From a virus (taxonomy: Duplodnaviria; Caudoviricetes), in the IMG/VR virus record IMGVR_UViG_3300031949_000113, positions 1 through 35,275 of that record: a stretch of DNA of 35,275 nt. One strand, written 5' to 3'. Below are positions 1-8,620 of this stretch, piece by piece. Within the stretch, counting starts at the first letter, position 1. Each line of letters begins with the position of its first letter. The notes beneath the pieces were generated by a model. It was given only the letters and a program-made list of their open reading frames with translations. It had not been told where the DNA came from and did not search any database. The position numbers were made by a program, and so were the translations under genes.

Positions 1-70
1 GCAGTCTTTTTATGCCCGCGAAATTGATCGAATTTGGTGCGAATTGGTGCAACATGTAGATTGACAAACA

Positions 71-547
71 ATGCGCGGAAGAAAACCGAAGCCGACAGCA
101 AAGAAGAAACTCGAGGGCAATCCTGGTAAGCGCAAGTTGAACAAGCGCGAGCCGAAACCGGCTATGTCCGCAAATATTGCGCCGGCGCAATTGGATGCAG
201 CCATGAAAGCGTTCGCCGATCGCTATTTGCATCTGCTTCAGGAGATGCTGATTTTCACGGATGTGGATCAAGCGGCGTTCGAGCTGATGAGTGTGCACTA
301 TGCAACCGCGTGGCGCGCGGCGGAAATTTTGCAGACGAGTGACCTGGTGCTAAAGGATAAATTTGGACAGCTGCATAAACATCCCGCGCTGCAGATCATG
401 CGCGATAACAGTGCCTTGTTCCGATCGTATGCCGCCGAGTTCGGGATGACGCCCAGCGCGCGATCGCGGATCGCGGTGCCACTGCCCGAAGCGCCGTCAC
501 AATTGGAGATGGAATTATTTGGCGCGGAGGCCGTAGTCAGTGGATGA
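71..547 (+). CDS. terS: Terminase small subunit, P27 family
   Basis: N-terminal GRKPKPT..GNPGKR and C-terminal HPA..FGMTPSARSR motifs; overlaps terL start (ATGA). Confidence 0.93.
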   Translation: MRGRKPKPTAKKKLEGNPGKRKLNKREPKPAMSANIAPAQLDAAMKAFADRYLHLLQEMLIFTDVDQAAFELMSVHYATAWRAAEILQTSDLVLKDKFGQLHKHPALQIMRDNSALFRSYAAEFGMTPSARSRIAVPLPEAPSQLEMELFGAEAVVSG

Positions 548-2211
548 TCGCATGGCAAGCGGATCAATATATTGCGGATGTGATCGGCGGCAAACAAATC
601 GCGTGTCACTGGGTAATAGCTGCTGCGCAGCGGCACATGAACGATCTGGCGCAGGGGGCCGCGCGGGGATTGCGATTCGATCGGGTGGCCGCCGAACGTA
701 TGCTCAAGTTTTTTTCCATTCTCAAACATTCGAAGGGCGAATGGGCCGGGCAGCCGATCCGGTTGGAGCCGTGGCAACAATTCATGCTGTGGATGTTGTT
801 CGGCTGGAAGCGCGCGGATGGGACGCGACGATTTCGCACGGCGTATATCGAGGTGGCGCGCAAGAATGGCAAAAGCACGATCGGGGCGGGGGTGGGGCTG
901 TATCTGTTCTCCGCCGATGGCGAGCCAGGCGCGGAGGTTTACAGCGCGGCGACGAAGCGCGATCAGGCGCGCATCACACACAGCGAGGCAACGCGGATGG
1001 TGCGCTCGTCGCCAATGCTGCGAAAGCGGGTGCGAACGTTCAAGGACAATTTGAACATCGAGGGCACGGCATCGAAGTACGAACCATTGGGCGCCGACGC
1101 CGACACGATGGATGGATTGAATGTACACGCGGCGATCATCGACGAGGTGCATGCGCACAAAACACGTGAGACCTGGGACGTGCTCGACACGGCGACGGGC
1201 GCGCGGCGGCAGCCGCTGCTGTTCGGAATTACGACGGCGGGCTTCGATCGACAATCGCTATGCTGGCAGTTGAATGAATACAGCAAAAAGATTCTCGACG
1301 GCATCATCGAAGACGATTCTTTTTTCGGACTCATCTATACGTTGGATGAAACCGACGATTGGCAGGACGAGGCGTGTTGGATCAAGGCGAATCCGAATTT
1401 AGGCGTATCGAAAAAACTCGACGACCTGCGGCGCAAAGCGGAGCGCGCGAAGCAGATGCCGGCTGCGTTGAATTCGTTCCTGCGCTTGGAATTGAATGTC
1501 TGGACGCAATCAGAAATCAAGTGGATGAATATGGAGCACTGGCGGAAGTGCGGCAATCTGCTGGTCGATTTGGATGCGTTGAAGGGCCGCAAATGTTACG
1601 CGGGCCTGGACTTGTCGAGCACGATCGACGTGACGGCATTCGTGTTGGTGTTTCCACCGGCGCAGGATGGCGAATCCTATCGCGTGCTGCCGCGGCTATG
1701 GATCCCCGACGAAAATATGAAGAAGCGCGTGCACGACGATCGCGTGCCGTACGATGTCTGGCAGCGCGCGGGCTATCTCGTGGCAACGCCGGGCAACGTG
1801 ATCGATTACGATTTTATTTTCATGCAGGTGCTGCAGGATTCCAAGATGTTCGATCTGCAGGAGATCGCATTCGATCGCTGGGGCGCGGCGCGGGTCGTGC
1901 AGGTGCTCATGAATATGGGCCTGACGTGCGTCGAGTTCGGCCAGGGCTTCGCGTCGATGTCGCCGCCGATGAAGGAAGTCGAGCGATTGGTGTTGGCGCA
2001 TCAGATCGAGCATCCGAACAACCCGGTGCTGACGTGGATGGCGGATAACCTGGTTGCGGCGGAAGATCCGGCGGGTAATATCAAGCCGGACAAACATCGC
2101 TCGAGGGAAAAAATCGACGGCATGGTGGCCATGATGATGGGCCTCGATCGGGCCATGCGGCGGGTGAAGCCGATGAGCGTATATGAGGAGCGGGGATTGC
2201 GGACGCTCTAA
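544..2211 (+). CDS. terL: Terminase large subunit
   Basis: 555 aa; Walker A VARKNGKS, Walker B IIDEVH, ITTAG coupling motif, nuclease GLDLSST and KIDG motifs. Confidence 0.97.
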   Translation: MIAWQADQYIADVIGGKQIACHWVIAAAQRHMNDLAQGAARGLRFDRVAAERMLKFFSILKHSKGEWAGQPIRLEPWQQFMLWMLFGWKRADGTRRFRTAYIEVARKNGKSTIGAGVGLYLFSADGEPGAEVYSAATKRDQARITHSEATRMVRSSPMLRKRVRTFKDNLNIEGTASKYEPLGADADTMDGLNVHAAIIDEVHAHKTRETWDVLDTATGARRQPLLFGITTAGFDRQSLCWQLNEYSKKILDGIIEDDSFFGLIYTLDETDDWQDEACWIKANPNLGVSKKLDDLRRKAERAKQMPAALNSFLRLELNVWTQSEIKWMNMEHWRKCGNLLVDLDALKGRKCYAGLDLSSTIDVTAFVLVFPPAQDGESYRVLPRLWIPDENMKKRVHDDRVPYDVWQRAGYLVATPGNVIDYDFIFMQVLQDSKMFDLQEIAFDRWGAARVVQVLMNMGLTCVEFGQGFASMSPPMKEVERLVLAHQIEHPNNPVLTWMADNLVAAEDPAGNIKPDKHRSREKIDGMVAMMMGLDRAMRRVKPMSVYEERGLRTL

Positions 2212-2237
2212 GAGATTGGAGATTAGTCCTCCAAGAA

Positions 2238-2471
2238 ATGAGGATTTCAAGATTGGATCGCTTTGATGGGCTGCTGCTGATCGGGATGCTGCTGATGTCA
2301 ATCGGGATCGGGTTGTTCGATCCGCGCGTGGGCATCGTGGCGATCGGCGCGACATGCATTATCTTCGCGATCGTGGGAGCGCGGGCGGAGAGCCGGGCGC
2401 ATCCTTCGACGCCGGCGGAAAATGTTGCGGCGAGTCGCAAGGAAAAATCGAGATTGGAGATTAGAGATTGA
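2238..2471 (+). CDS. Small two-TM membrane protein between terminase and portal
   Basis: 77 aa with two hydrophobic segments; stop overlaps the portal TTG (TTGA); common position in HK97-like phages. Confidence 0.7.
   Translation: MRISRLDRFDGLLLIGMLLMSIGIGLFDPRVGIVAIGATCIIFAIVGARAESRAHPSTPAENVAASRKEKSRLEIRD
2450..2470 (+). repeat. (GAGATTR)3 array containing portal SD and TTG start
   Basis: GAGATTG GAGATTA GAGATTG; a 2-unit array also lies at 2212-2225. Confidence 0.9.
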
Positions 2472-3763
2472 GCGGATTGCTCGTGCGGGCGATGGGCGGT
2501 GAGCGGCAGGCCTCGCTGGAGATGAGTCCGGCGCTGCTGAAGACGCTGCGCAGTGGGGGCATATTATCAGGGCCGGTGGCCGGCGTGCCGGTGACGGCCG
2601 ATAGTGCGCTTTCGTTCGCGACGGCTTTCGCCTGCGTGCGCGTGCTGGCCGAATCGGTATCAAGCCTGCCATTCATTCTCTATCGGCGACGGGCCGATCG
2701 AGGCAAGGATCGCGCAATCGATCATCCACTCTATCCAATGCTGCATGATGCGGCCAATGATGAGATGAGTAGCCAGCAATTCTTCGAAGCGATCATGACG
2801 AATGTCGTGTTGTGGGGCAATGGCTGCGCGCGATTGGTGATCGACAATCGCGGCCAGGTGCGCGAGATGTGGCCGTTGATGAGCCGCTACCTGCAGATTC
2901 GCCGAATCAATGGCGAATTGATCTACGACTATAGCGCACCCGATTTGCGGCAGCGATTTGCACGCTGGGAAATCTTGCATGTGCCCGGCCTCACGCTCAA
3001 TGGCAGCACGGGATTGAGCGTGCTGGGTTATATGCGGCGCGCGATCGGATTGGGCCTGGTACTCGATACCTTCTCCGAGAATTTTTACGAGAACGGTGCG
3101 CGACCAGGCATTGCGCTCGAACATCCGGGCACATTGAGCAAGAAGGCCTACGATAATTTGAAGGACTCATGGATTGAGCGACACGGCGGGCTCGAGAATG
3201 TCAATAAGCCGGCCATCCTCGAAGAGGGCATGAAGCTCACGACATACGGAATGCCACTTGACGATGCGCAATTTTTGCAGCTGAAGAAATTTCAGGCGGA
3301 GGAAGTGGCGCGCATGTTTCGGGTGCAGCCGCATAAGGTCGGGATTCTCGATCATGCGACGTTTTCAAACATCGAGCATCAGGGGTTGGAATTCGTGACG
3401 GATACGCTGCGACCATGGTTGGTCCGAATTGAAAAACGCATTCCGCTCGATCTGCTCTTCATCGAGGAGCGCGGAATTTATTTCGCGGAATTCATGGTCG
3501 ATGCGCTGCTGCGCGGCGATTTGCTGAGCCGGTATCAAGCGTATGCCATCGCGCGGAACTGGGGTTGGTTTAGCGCCGATGATGTGCTCGAAATCGAGAA
3601 TCGGAATCCGCTGCCGAACGGGCAGGGGGAGCGGTATTTGACGCCGTTGAATATGGCGCGGCATGAGAATCTTCTACCGGTGGTGGAAGAATTGGAGCCA
3701 GAAGGTAATCTGGATTCCCGTTTTCACGGGAATGACAATGGCAACGGGAACGGGAGGCATTAG
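2468..3763 (+). CDS. Portal protein, HK97 family
   Basis: AFACVRVLAESVSSLP, ILEEGMK, ARMFRVQPH, ATFSNIEHQ and YLTPLNM motifs; TTG start with GGAG 8 nt upstream. Confidence 0.96.
   Translation: MSGLLVRAMGGERQASLEMSPALLKTLRSGGILSGPVAGVPVTADSALSFATAFACVRVLAESVSSLPFILYRRRADRGKDRAIDHPLYPMLHDAANDEMSSQQFFEAIMTNVVLWGNGCARLVIDNRGQVREMWPLMSRYLQIRRINGELIYDYSAPDLRQRFARWEILHVPGLTLNGSTGLSVLGYMRRAIGLGLVLDTFSENFYENGARPGIALEHPGTLSKKAYDNLKDSWIERHGGLENVNKPAILEEGMKLTTYGMPLDDAQFLQLKKFQAEEVARMFRVQPHKVGILDHATFSNIEHQGLEFVTDTLRPWLVRIEKRIPLDLLFIEERGIYFAEFMVDALLRGDLLSRYQAYAIARNWGWFSADDVLEIENRNPLPNGQGERYLTPLNMARHENLLPVVEELEPEGNLDSRFHGNDNGNGNGRH
3710..3736 (+). repeat. dRS3/CGTC-type palindrome in the portal C-terminus
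   Basis: CTGG-ATTCCC-N8-GGGAAT-GAC, encodes LDSRFHGND. Confidence 0.85.
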
Positions 3764-3764
3764 G

Positions 3765-5054
3765 ATGCCGGCATTCGGAACACACAAAACAAACGTGGTC
3801 GATGTCGCGTGGGACGCGGGCGCGCAGGAAAAGAAAGTCCGATTGGGCGAGAAGCGCGCGTATTACGCGAAGATTTACGCCTGGTACGATCCGGCGCTCG
3901 ACGAGGCCAATAAGGGGACCTACAAATTCATCCATCACGAGGTCAACGGCGACGGCGATGCGGGGGATGCGGTAACCAAGGCGTGCACGTCGGGCATCGG
4001 CGTGTTGAATGGTGGAATGGGCGGGACGACGATCCCGAAGGCCGATCGCCAGGGCGTGTGGGATCACTTGGCGAAACATCTGCGCGACGCGGGAAAAGAA
4101 CCGCCACCGTTGAACGGAGAAATGCAAGAGGGTGCGCCACAGAGCCACGGAGACACGGAGAGCATGAATTTGTGGAGAATGGCGAGCACGGAGGTGTGGG
4201 CGATTTGGCAGAATGCCCTACAGAGGCTCCTAGCGGCTGGATTCACGCCCGAGGCGCGCGGGAATGACTTGCAAGCATTGACAAGGCCTGGTCCGAAGTC
4301 GGGGCGCGTGGCACGCATCCCCATTATGGGATCGCTCAGCAAGCGCGATTCGTTCTGGTCCGCGTTATTTGGCGGCGCATCTTACGAAGGCATTGTCAAA
4401 GCGGTGCGCGAGGCCGCGGCCGATGAATCGATCGGCACGATTTTGCTGGACATCGAATCGCCAGGCGGGACGGTGTCGGGCGTGCTCGACGTGGCGGCAG
4501 AGATCCGCAAAGCGCGCGAAAGCAAACACGTCGTCGCGCTGGCGAATGGCTTGATGGCGTCGGCGGCCTATTGGATCGGCAGCCAGGCCGATGAGATTTT
4601 CTCGACGCCCGATGCGCTCGTCGGATCGATTGGCGTATTTTCGATTCACAATGATTGGTCGAAATTCATGGAGCGGATCGGCATCACGCCGACGTATGTG
4701 CACGCCGGCAAATATAAAGTGGAGGGCAATCCCAATCAGCCGTTGAGTGACGAGGCGCGCGCGCAGATGCAAATCATCGTCGACGATGCGTATGAGATGT
4801 TCATCGCCGACGTGGCGAAGGGCCGGAACGTGACGTCGGCCAGCGTGCGATCGGATTATGGCGAGGGGCGGGTGTTGACAGCGAAAGATGCAAAGGCGGC
4901 GGGGATGATCGATCGGATCGCGGGGGTTGATGAGACGATGCGGCGATTGAGTGGGATGAAGGCGGAACTGGATTCCCGCGTTCGCGGGAATGACGAAGTA
5001 GGCAACAGCCTGGCGTTGAAGCGCCGACGGCTTGAATTGCTTAAAAAATTATAG
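3765..5054 (+). CDS. Prohead protease, S49 (SppA-like) family, with extra N-terminal domain
   Basis: LDIESPGG, ASAAYWIGS, GSIGV and AGKYK motifs. Likely start is ATG 3765, just after the portal stop (GGAGG upstream), not 3663. Confidence 0.92.
   Translation: MPAFGTHKTNVVDVAWDAGAQEKKVRLGEKRAYYAKIYAWYDPALDEANKGTYKFIHHEVNGDGDAGDAVTKACTSGIGVLNGGMGGTTIPKADRQGVWDHLAKHLRDAGKEPPPLNGEMQEGAPQSHGDTESMNLWRMASTEVWAIWQNALQRLLAAGFTPEARGNDLQALTRPGPKSGRVARIPIMGSLSKRDSFWSALFGGASYEGIVKAVREAAADESIGTILLDIESPGGTVSGVLDVAAEIRKARESKHVVALANGLMASAAYWIGSQADEIFSTPDALVGSIGVFSIHNDWSKFMERIGITPTYVHAGKYKVEGNPNQPLSDEARAQMQIIVDDAYEMFIADVAKGRNVTSASVRSDYGEGRVLTAKDAKAAGMIDRIAGVDETMRRLSGMKAELDSRVRGNDEVGNSLALKRRRLELLKKL
4968..4994 (+). 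repeat. dRS3/CGTC-type palindrome in the protease C-terminus
   Basis: CTGG-ATTCCC-N8-GGGAAT-GAC, encodes LDSRVRGND. Confidence 0.85.
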
Positions 5055-5065
5055 GAGGCATGGCC

Positions 5066-6508
5066 ATGAGTGCAGTAAATGTACGCGAATTGATGCACCA
5101 GCGCGAGGCGCTTCGCAGCCAGAAAAAAGCGTTGGGCGATCAGGGAACGGCGGTGTTGGATAAGGCCGCGGCCGAGAAGCGCAGCCTGACGATCGACGAA
5201 GAGAAGATCGTCAACGAGATCGAGGCGAAGGTCGATCAGATAGTGTCGGACATGGACCGGCTGAGCGCCGACATCACCCGGCGCGAGAAGTTCGTCGCCG
5301 AAGATGAGCCGGCGGCCAACGGCCAGCGGCCAGCGGCGCGGCCTGATCCGTCAATCGGGATGACGGCGAAAGAGGTGCAGCGCTATTCACTGGTGCGAGC
5401 GATTGCCGCCGCCGCCGATCCGACGAATCCGCGCGCGTGGAAGGATGCGCAATTCGAGTTGGAGTGCAGCCAGGCGCAGGCGGAGAAGTTGAATATGAAG
5501 CCGCAGGGGTTCTTCGTGCCGGACGATGTCGTCATGTCGCGCCATCCGGTGCGCGTGTTCCGGCCGGGCGTGGGCTGGCAGTATCACGATCTGCGGGCCG
5601 ATTTCACGACCGGCTCATCGGTGGGCGGCGATCTGATCGCGACGGATCTGTTATCGGGATCTTTCATCGACATGCTGCGCAATCGCATGATGGTGATCCG
5701 CGCGGGCGCGCGCACGCTGGCGGGGCTGGTCGGCAACGTGGCGATTCCGAAGCAGACGGGCGGCGCGACGGCGTATTGGGTGACGGAGGGCAACGCGCCG
5801 ACTGAGAGCAACCAGGTGATCGATCAGGTGGCGCTCACGCCGCACACGGTCGGGGCCTGGACCGATATCACCCGGAAGCTGTTGAAGCAATCCTCGATCG
5901 ACGTCGAGGCCTTCGTGCGCGAAGATCTGGCGATGGTCACGGCGATGGCGATCGATCTGGCTGCGCTGACGGGCGATTCGGGCAGCGATGAGCCGGAAGG
6001 TATTCTGAATACGACGGGCATCGGCGCGGTGTTTGCGGGCGGCGCGGCTACCGATGGCACGAATGCCGATGGCGCGCTGCCGGTACTGGCCGACATCATC
6101 AACTTGGAAACGGAAGTGGCGACGGACAACGCCGACGTGGGATCGCTGGCGTACATGAGCAATGCCGTCGTGCGCGGCTATCTCAAGCAGAAGCCGCGCG
6201 TGGCGAGTACCGATTCGGCGATGATCTGGGGGAACGATGTGGCGGCGCCGCTCAATGGCTATGCCGCGTACATCACGAATCAGCTGGTGCACACGCTGAC
6301 GAAAGGCGCGGCGACGGATCTTTCCGCGATCATCTTCGGCAACTGGGCGGATCTGTTCATCGGCATGTGGGGCGGCCTCGACGTGTTGGTCGACCCGTAT
6401 ACGGGCGGGACGGCCGGCACGGTGCGCGTGGTCGTGTTGCAAGATGTTGACGTGGCGATCCGGAATGCGCAATCGTTCGCGGCCGGCGATGATTTCAGTG
6501 TTGGATAA
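5066..6508 (+). CDS. Major capsid protein, HK97 fold with N-terminal coiled-coil delta domain
   Basis: AYWVTEG, ITRKLLKQSS, IIFGNWAD and VDPYT motifs; GGAGG 7 nt before ATG 5066 (alternative start 5060). Confidence 0.96.
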   Translation: MSAVNVRELMHQREALRSQKKALGDQGTAVLDKAAAEKRSLTIDEEKIVNEIEAKVDQIVSDMDRLSADITRREKFVAEDEPAANGQRPAARPDPSIGMTAKEVQRYSLVRAIAAAADPTNPRAWKDAQFELECSQAQAEKLNMKPQGFFVPDDVVMSRHPVRVFRPGVGWQYHDLRADFTTGSSVGGDLIATDLLSGSFIDMLRNRMMVIRAGARTLAGLVGNVAIPKQTGGATAYWVTEGNAPTESNQVIDQVALTPHTVGAWTDITRKLLKQSSIDVEAFVREDLAMVTAMAIDLAALTGDSGSDEPEGILNTTGIGAVFAGGAATDGTNADGALPVLADIINLETEVATDNADVGSLAYMSNAVVRGYLKQKPRVASTDSAMIWGNDVAAPLNGYAAYITNQLVHTLTKGAATDLSAIIFGNWADLFIGMWGGLDVLVDPYTGGTAGTVRVVVLQDVDVAIRNAQSFAAGDDFSVG

Positions 6509-6512
6509 AGCT

Positions 6513-6540
6513 GAGATCAGAGATTAGAGATTAGAGATTG
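6513..6540 (+). repeat. (GAGATTR)4 array after the capsid gene
   Basis: GAGATCA GAGATTA GAGATTA GAGATTG. Confidence 0.9.
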
Positions 6541-6547
6541 TGATCAG

Positions 6548-6571
6548 CCTCTCCTCAGAGATGGGGAGAGG
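6548..6571 (+). promoter_or_regulatory. GNRA hairpin after the capsid gene, overlapping the next RBS
   Basis: CCTCTCCTCA-GAGA-TGGGGAGAGG, 10-bp stem including one G-U pair. Confidence 0.5.
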
Positions 6572-6585
6572 AGGAGAATCGATCG

Positions 6586-6849
6586 ATGAAAATCAGATTA
6601 ACGCGGAACACGGTAGTCAATGGCACGCAGCGCAGCGTCGGCGAGGAAGTCCCGGTCGAGATCAAGATCGGCCAGAGTTTGATCGCGATGGGTAAGGCGG
6701 TCGAGGTCAAGGCCGAGCCGGCTGCGGAGAGCGAACCGCCGATCGAGGCCGGGCTGCACCTGCAGGGCGAGGCGCTCATCGAGACGGAATTGATAACGGA
6801 TCCGCTGATTGTGTCACGCAAATCCGCAAAGAAGCAAAGAAAAAACTAG
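6586..6849 (+). CDS. Small head-associated hypothetical protein
   Basis: 87 aa, MKIRLTRNT..GEEV..LIAMGKAVEV pattern typical of small genes after MCP; strong RBS. Confidence 0.75.
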   Translation: MKIRLTRNTVVNGTQRSVGEEVPVEIKIGQSLIAMGKAVEVKAEPAAESEPPIEAGLHLQGEALIETELITDPLIVSRKSAKKQRKN

Positions 6850-6857
6850 GAGGCAAC

Positions 6858-7316
6858 ATGAAGGACACAACTTATAAAATGGCGCGGTTGATGCTGGTCA
6901 TGGCGATCGCGCTGATGTTGGTGACGGGCTTGTTCCTCTACGTCGATCGGGCGACCGCCGATGCGCCGTATCAACCGGGGCACACGGTGCAATCCTACGC
7001 GCGCTATACGCTGATCACGGCGAACGGCATCACGACCACCGCGGCCGGCACCGGCACCGGCGTGCGGATTGCGGGCTACGATTACGCCGATTGTTTTGCG
7101 GCGATCGATATCGCTTCGGCGCAGACCGTGACGCTCGGCTTCCAGGGCAGCGCTGATGGCACGAACTATGCGCCGATCGTCACACTGACGGCGGTGGCCG
7201 GCGATACTACGATCATGACGCGGACGGCGGTTATCGGCGACTATTTCAGGCCGGTGATCTCGCTCACGTATGCGAATCCAGTGACGGTGAGCGTAAAGTG
7301 CGTGATGAAGAATTGA
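6858..7316 (+). CDS. Hypothetical protein with N-terminal signal/TM segment and beta-rich, decoration-protein-like domain
   Basis: GGAGG RBS; hydrophobic ARLMLVMAIALMLVTGLFLYV followed by ATA-D; then GTGV..GY..TLGFQGSADGTNY beta-strand pattern. Confidence 0.75.
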   Translation: MKDTTYKMARLMLVMAIALMLVTGLFLYVDRATADAPYQPGHTVQSYARYTLITANGITTTAAGTGTGVRIAGYDYADCFAAIDIASAQTVTLGFQGSADGTNYAPIVTLTAVAGDTTIMTRTAVIGDYFRPVISLTYANPVTVSVKCVMKN

Positions 7317-7326
7317 TCGGAGTCCG

Positions 7327-7905
7327 ATGACGTATCGCGTAATCACGCTGCCGACGATCGAGCCGATCCTGCTCGAGGAAGCCAAATCACAATGCCGCGT
7401 CGACATCGACGATGACGACGCTTATATCGAGTCGTTGATCGGCGCGGCGCGGCTCTATTGCGAAAAGATCGACTGGCGATCCTATCTGACGCAGACGATC
7501 GAGCTATGGCTCGATCGCTGGCCAGATGATGCGGAGATCTCCATCCCCCGGCCGCCATTGCAGAGCGTGTCGAAGATCGAATACTACAACACGTCCGATA
7601 CGGTGGCGACGTTCGCGGCGACGAGTTATTTTGTCGACGTGGTGAGCGAACCTGGCCGGGTAGCGCTGCGCTATAACAAACCATGGCCGAGCACGACGCT
7701 GCGGCCGACGAATGCGATTTGCGTGACGTATGTCGCCGGTTGGACGGCGGCGGCGCTGGTGCCGAAAACGATCAAGCAAGCGATGCTGCTGCTGATCGGG
7801 CACTGGTACGAAAACCGCGAGAGCACGACGGTCGGGGCGGTGAGCCGCGCGATCGAGTTCGGAGTGATGGCGCTGCTGGGGATCGATCGGGTGTTCCGGT
7901 TTTGA
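7327..7905 (+). CDS. Head-tail connector (gp6-like / phiE125 gp8-like)
   Basis: EPILLEEAKSQCRVD..DD..I..LI.AAR, PPLQSV and IKQAMLLLIGHWYENRE motifs. Confidence 0.93.
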   Translation: MTYRVITLPTIEPILLEEAKSQCRVDIDDDDAYIESLIGAARLYCEKIDWRSYLTQTIELWLDRWPDDAEISIPRPPLQSVSKIEYYNTSDTVATFAATSYFVDVVSEPGRVALRYNKPWPSTTLRPTNAICVTYVAGWTAAALVPKTIKQAMLLLIGHWYENRESTTVGAVSRAIEFGVMALLGIDRVFRF

Positions 7906-7906
7906 T

Positions 7907-7965
7907 CTGGATTCCCACCTACGTGGGAATGACTGAGGATAGATTCCCGCCTGCGCGGGAATGAC
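7907..7965 (+). repeat. Two tandem dRS3/CGTC-type palindromes (intergenic)
   Basis: ATTCCC-N8-GGGAAT at 7911-7930 and 7943-7962. Confidence 0.88.
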
Positions 7966-7977
7966 TGAGGAGGAAAC

Positions 7978-8613
7978 ATGATCGAGGGATCATTGCGAAC
8001 GAGTGGGGCGGTGAGCGCGAAGGTGATGCGGGCGCCGCGCGCGCCGGTGATGTGGCGATTGAGCAATGCGCTGCGATGGGCATACATCAAAGCGTGGATC
8101 GGGGTGATGATCTTCGCGCCGATTGCGCGCCGCTTCGGGTTGATGATCGCGTGGGGCGAGTTGTCGATCGTGCTCGTCAAGCGCGACGGGCGACGGATTC
8201 AATATGGCGTCGTGTCGCGGCGGTTGGTGACGGATGCGTTCGTGGCGTATGTCGTCGATGATTGGGACGGTGGCGCGAACGTGATCGATCTCTTCAATTA
8301 TCACGGCTGCGGCACGGGCACGACGGCGGAAGCGGCCGGTGATACGGCGCTCGTCACCGAATCAACGACGGCGCTGAATCCCGACAGTACGCGCGCGACC
8401 GGCACGAAATCGCAGCCGGCGGCGAATCAAATGCGCAGCGTCGGCACGGTAACATTTGATGCGAGCGCGGCGATCACGGAACATGGTGTTTTCACGCAGG
8501 CCGCGACCGGTGGCGGGACGTTGATGGATCGATCGGTATTCAGCGCAATCAACGTGGCGAGCGGTGATTCGATTCAGTTCACGTATACGCTGACGTTGAG
8601 CAGCGGCGGCTAA
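7978..8613 (+). CDS. Putative virion structural protein (neck/fibre module)
   Basis: 211 aa; GTGTTAEAAGDTAL.TE and ITEHGVF..GTLMDRSVFSAINV.SGDSIQFTY patterns seen in phage fibre-associated proteins; GAGGAGG RBS. Confidence 0.75.
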   Translation: MIEGSLRTSGAVSAKVMRAPRAPVMWRLSNALRWAYIKAWIGVMIFAPIARRFGLMIAWGELSIVLVKRDGRRIQYGVVSRRLVTDAFVAYVVDDWDGGANVIDLFNYHGCGTGTTAEAAGDTALVTESTTALNPDSTRATGTKSQPAANQMRSVGTVTFDASAAITEHGVFTQAATGGGTLMDRSVFSAINVASGDSIQFTYTLTLSSGG

Positions 8614-8620
8614 TAACGGC

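Noticed and set aside
3663-3764. Upstream start of the protease ORF
   Set aside because: Overlaps the portal by 100 nt; ATG 3765 follows the portal stop with an SD.
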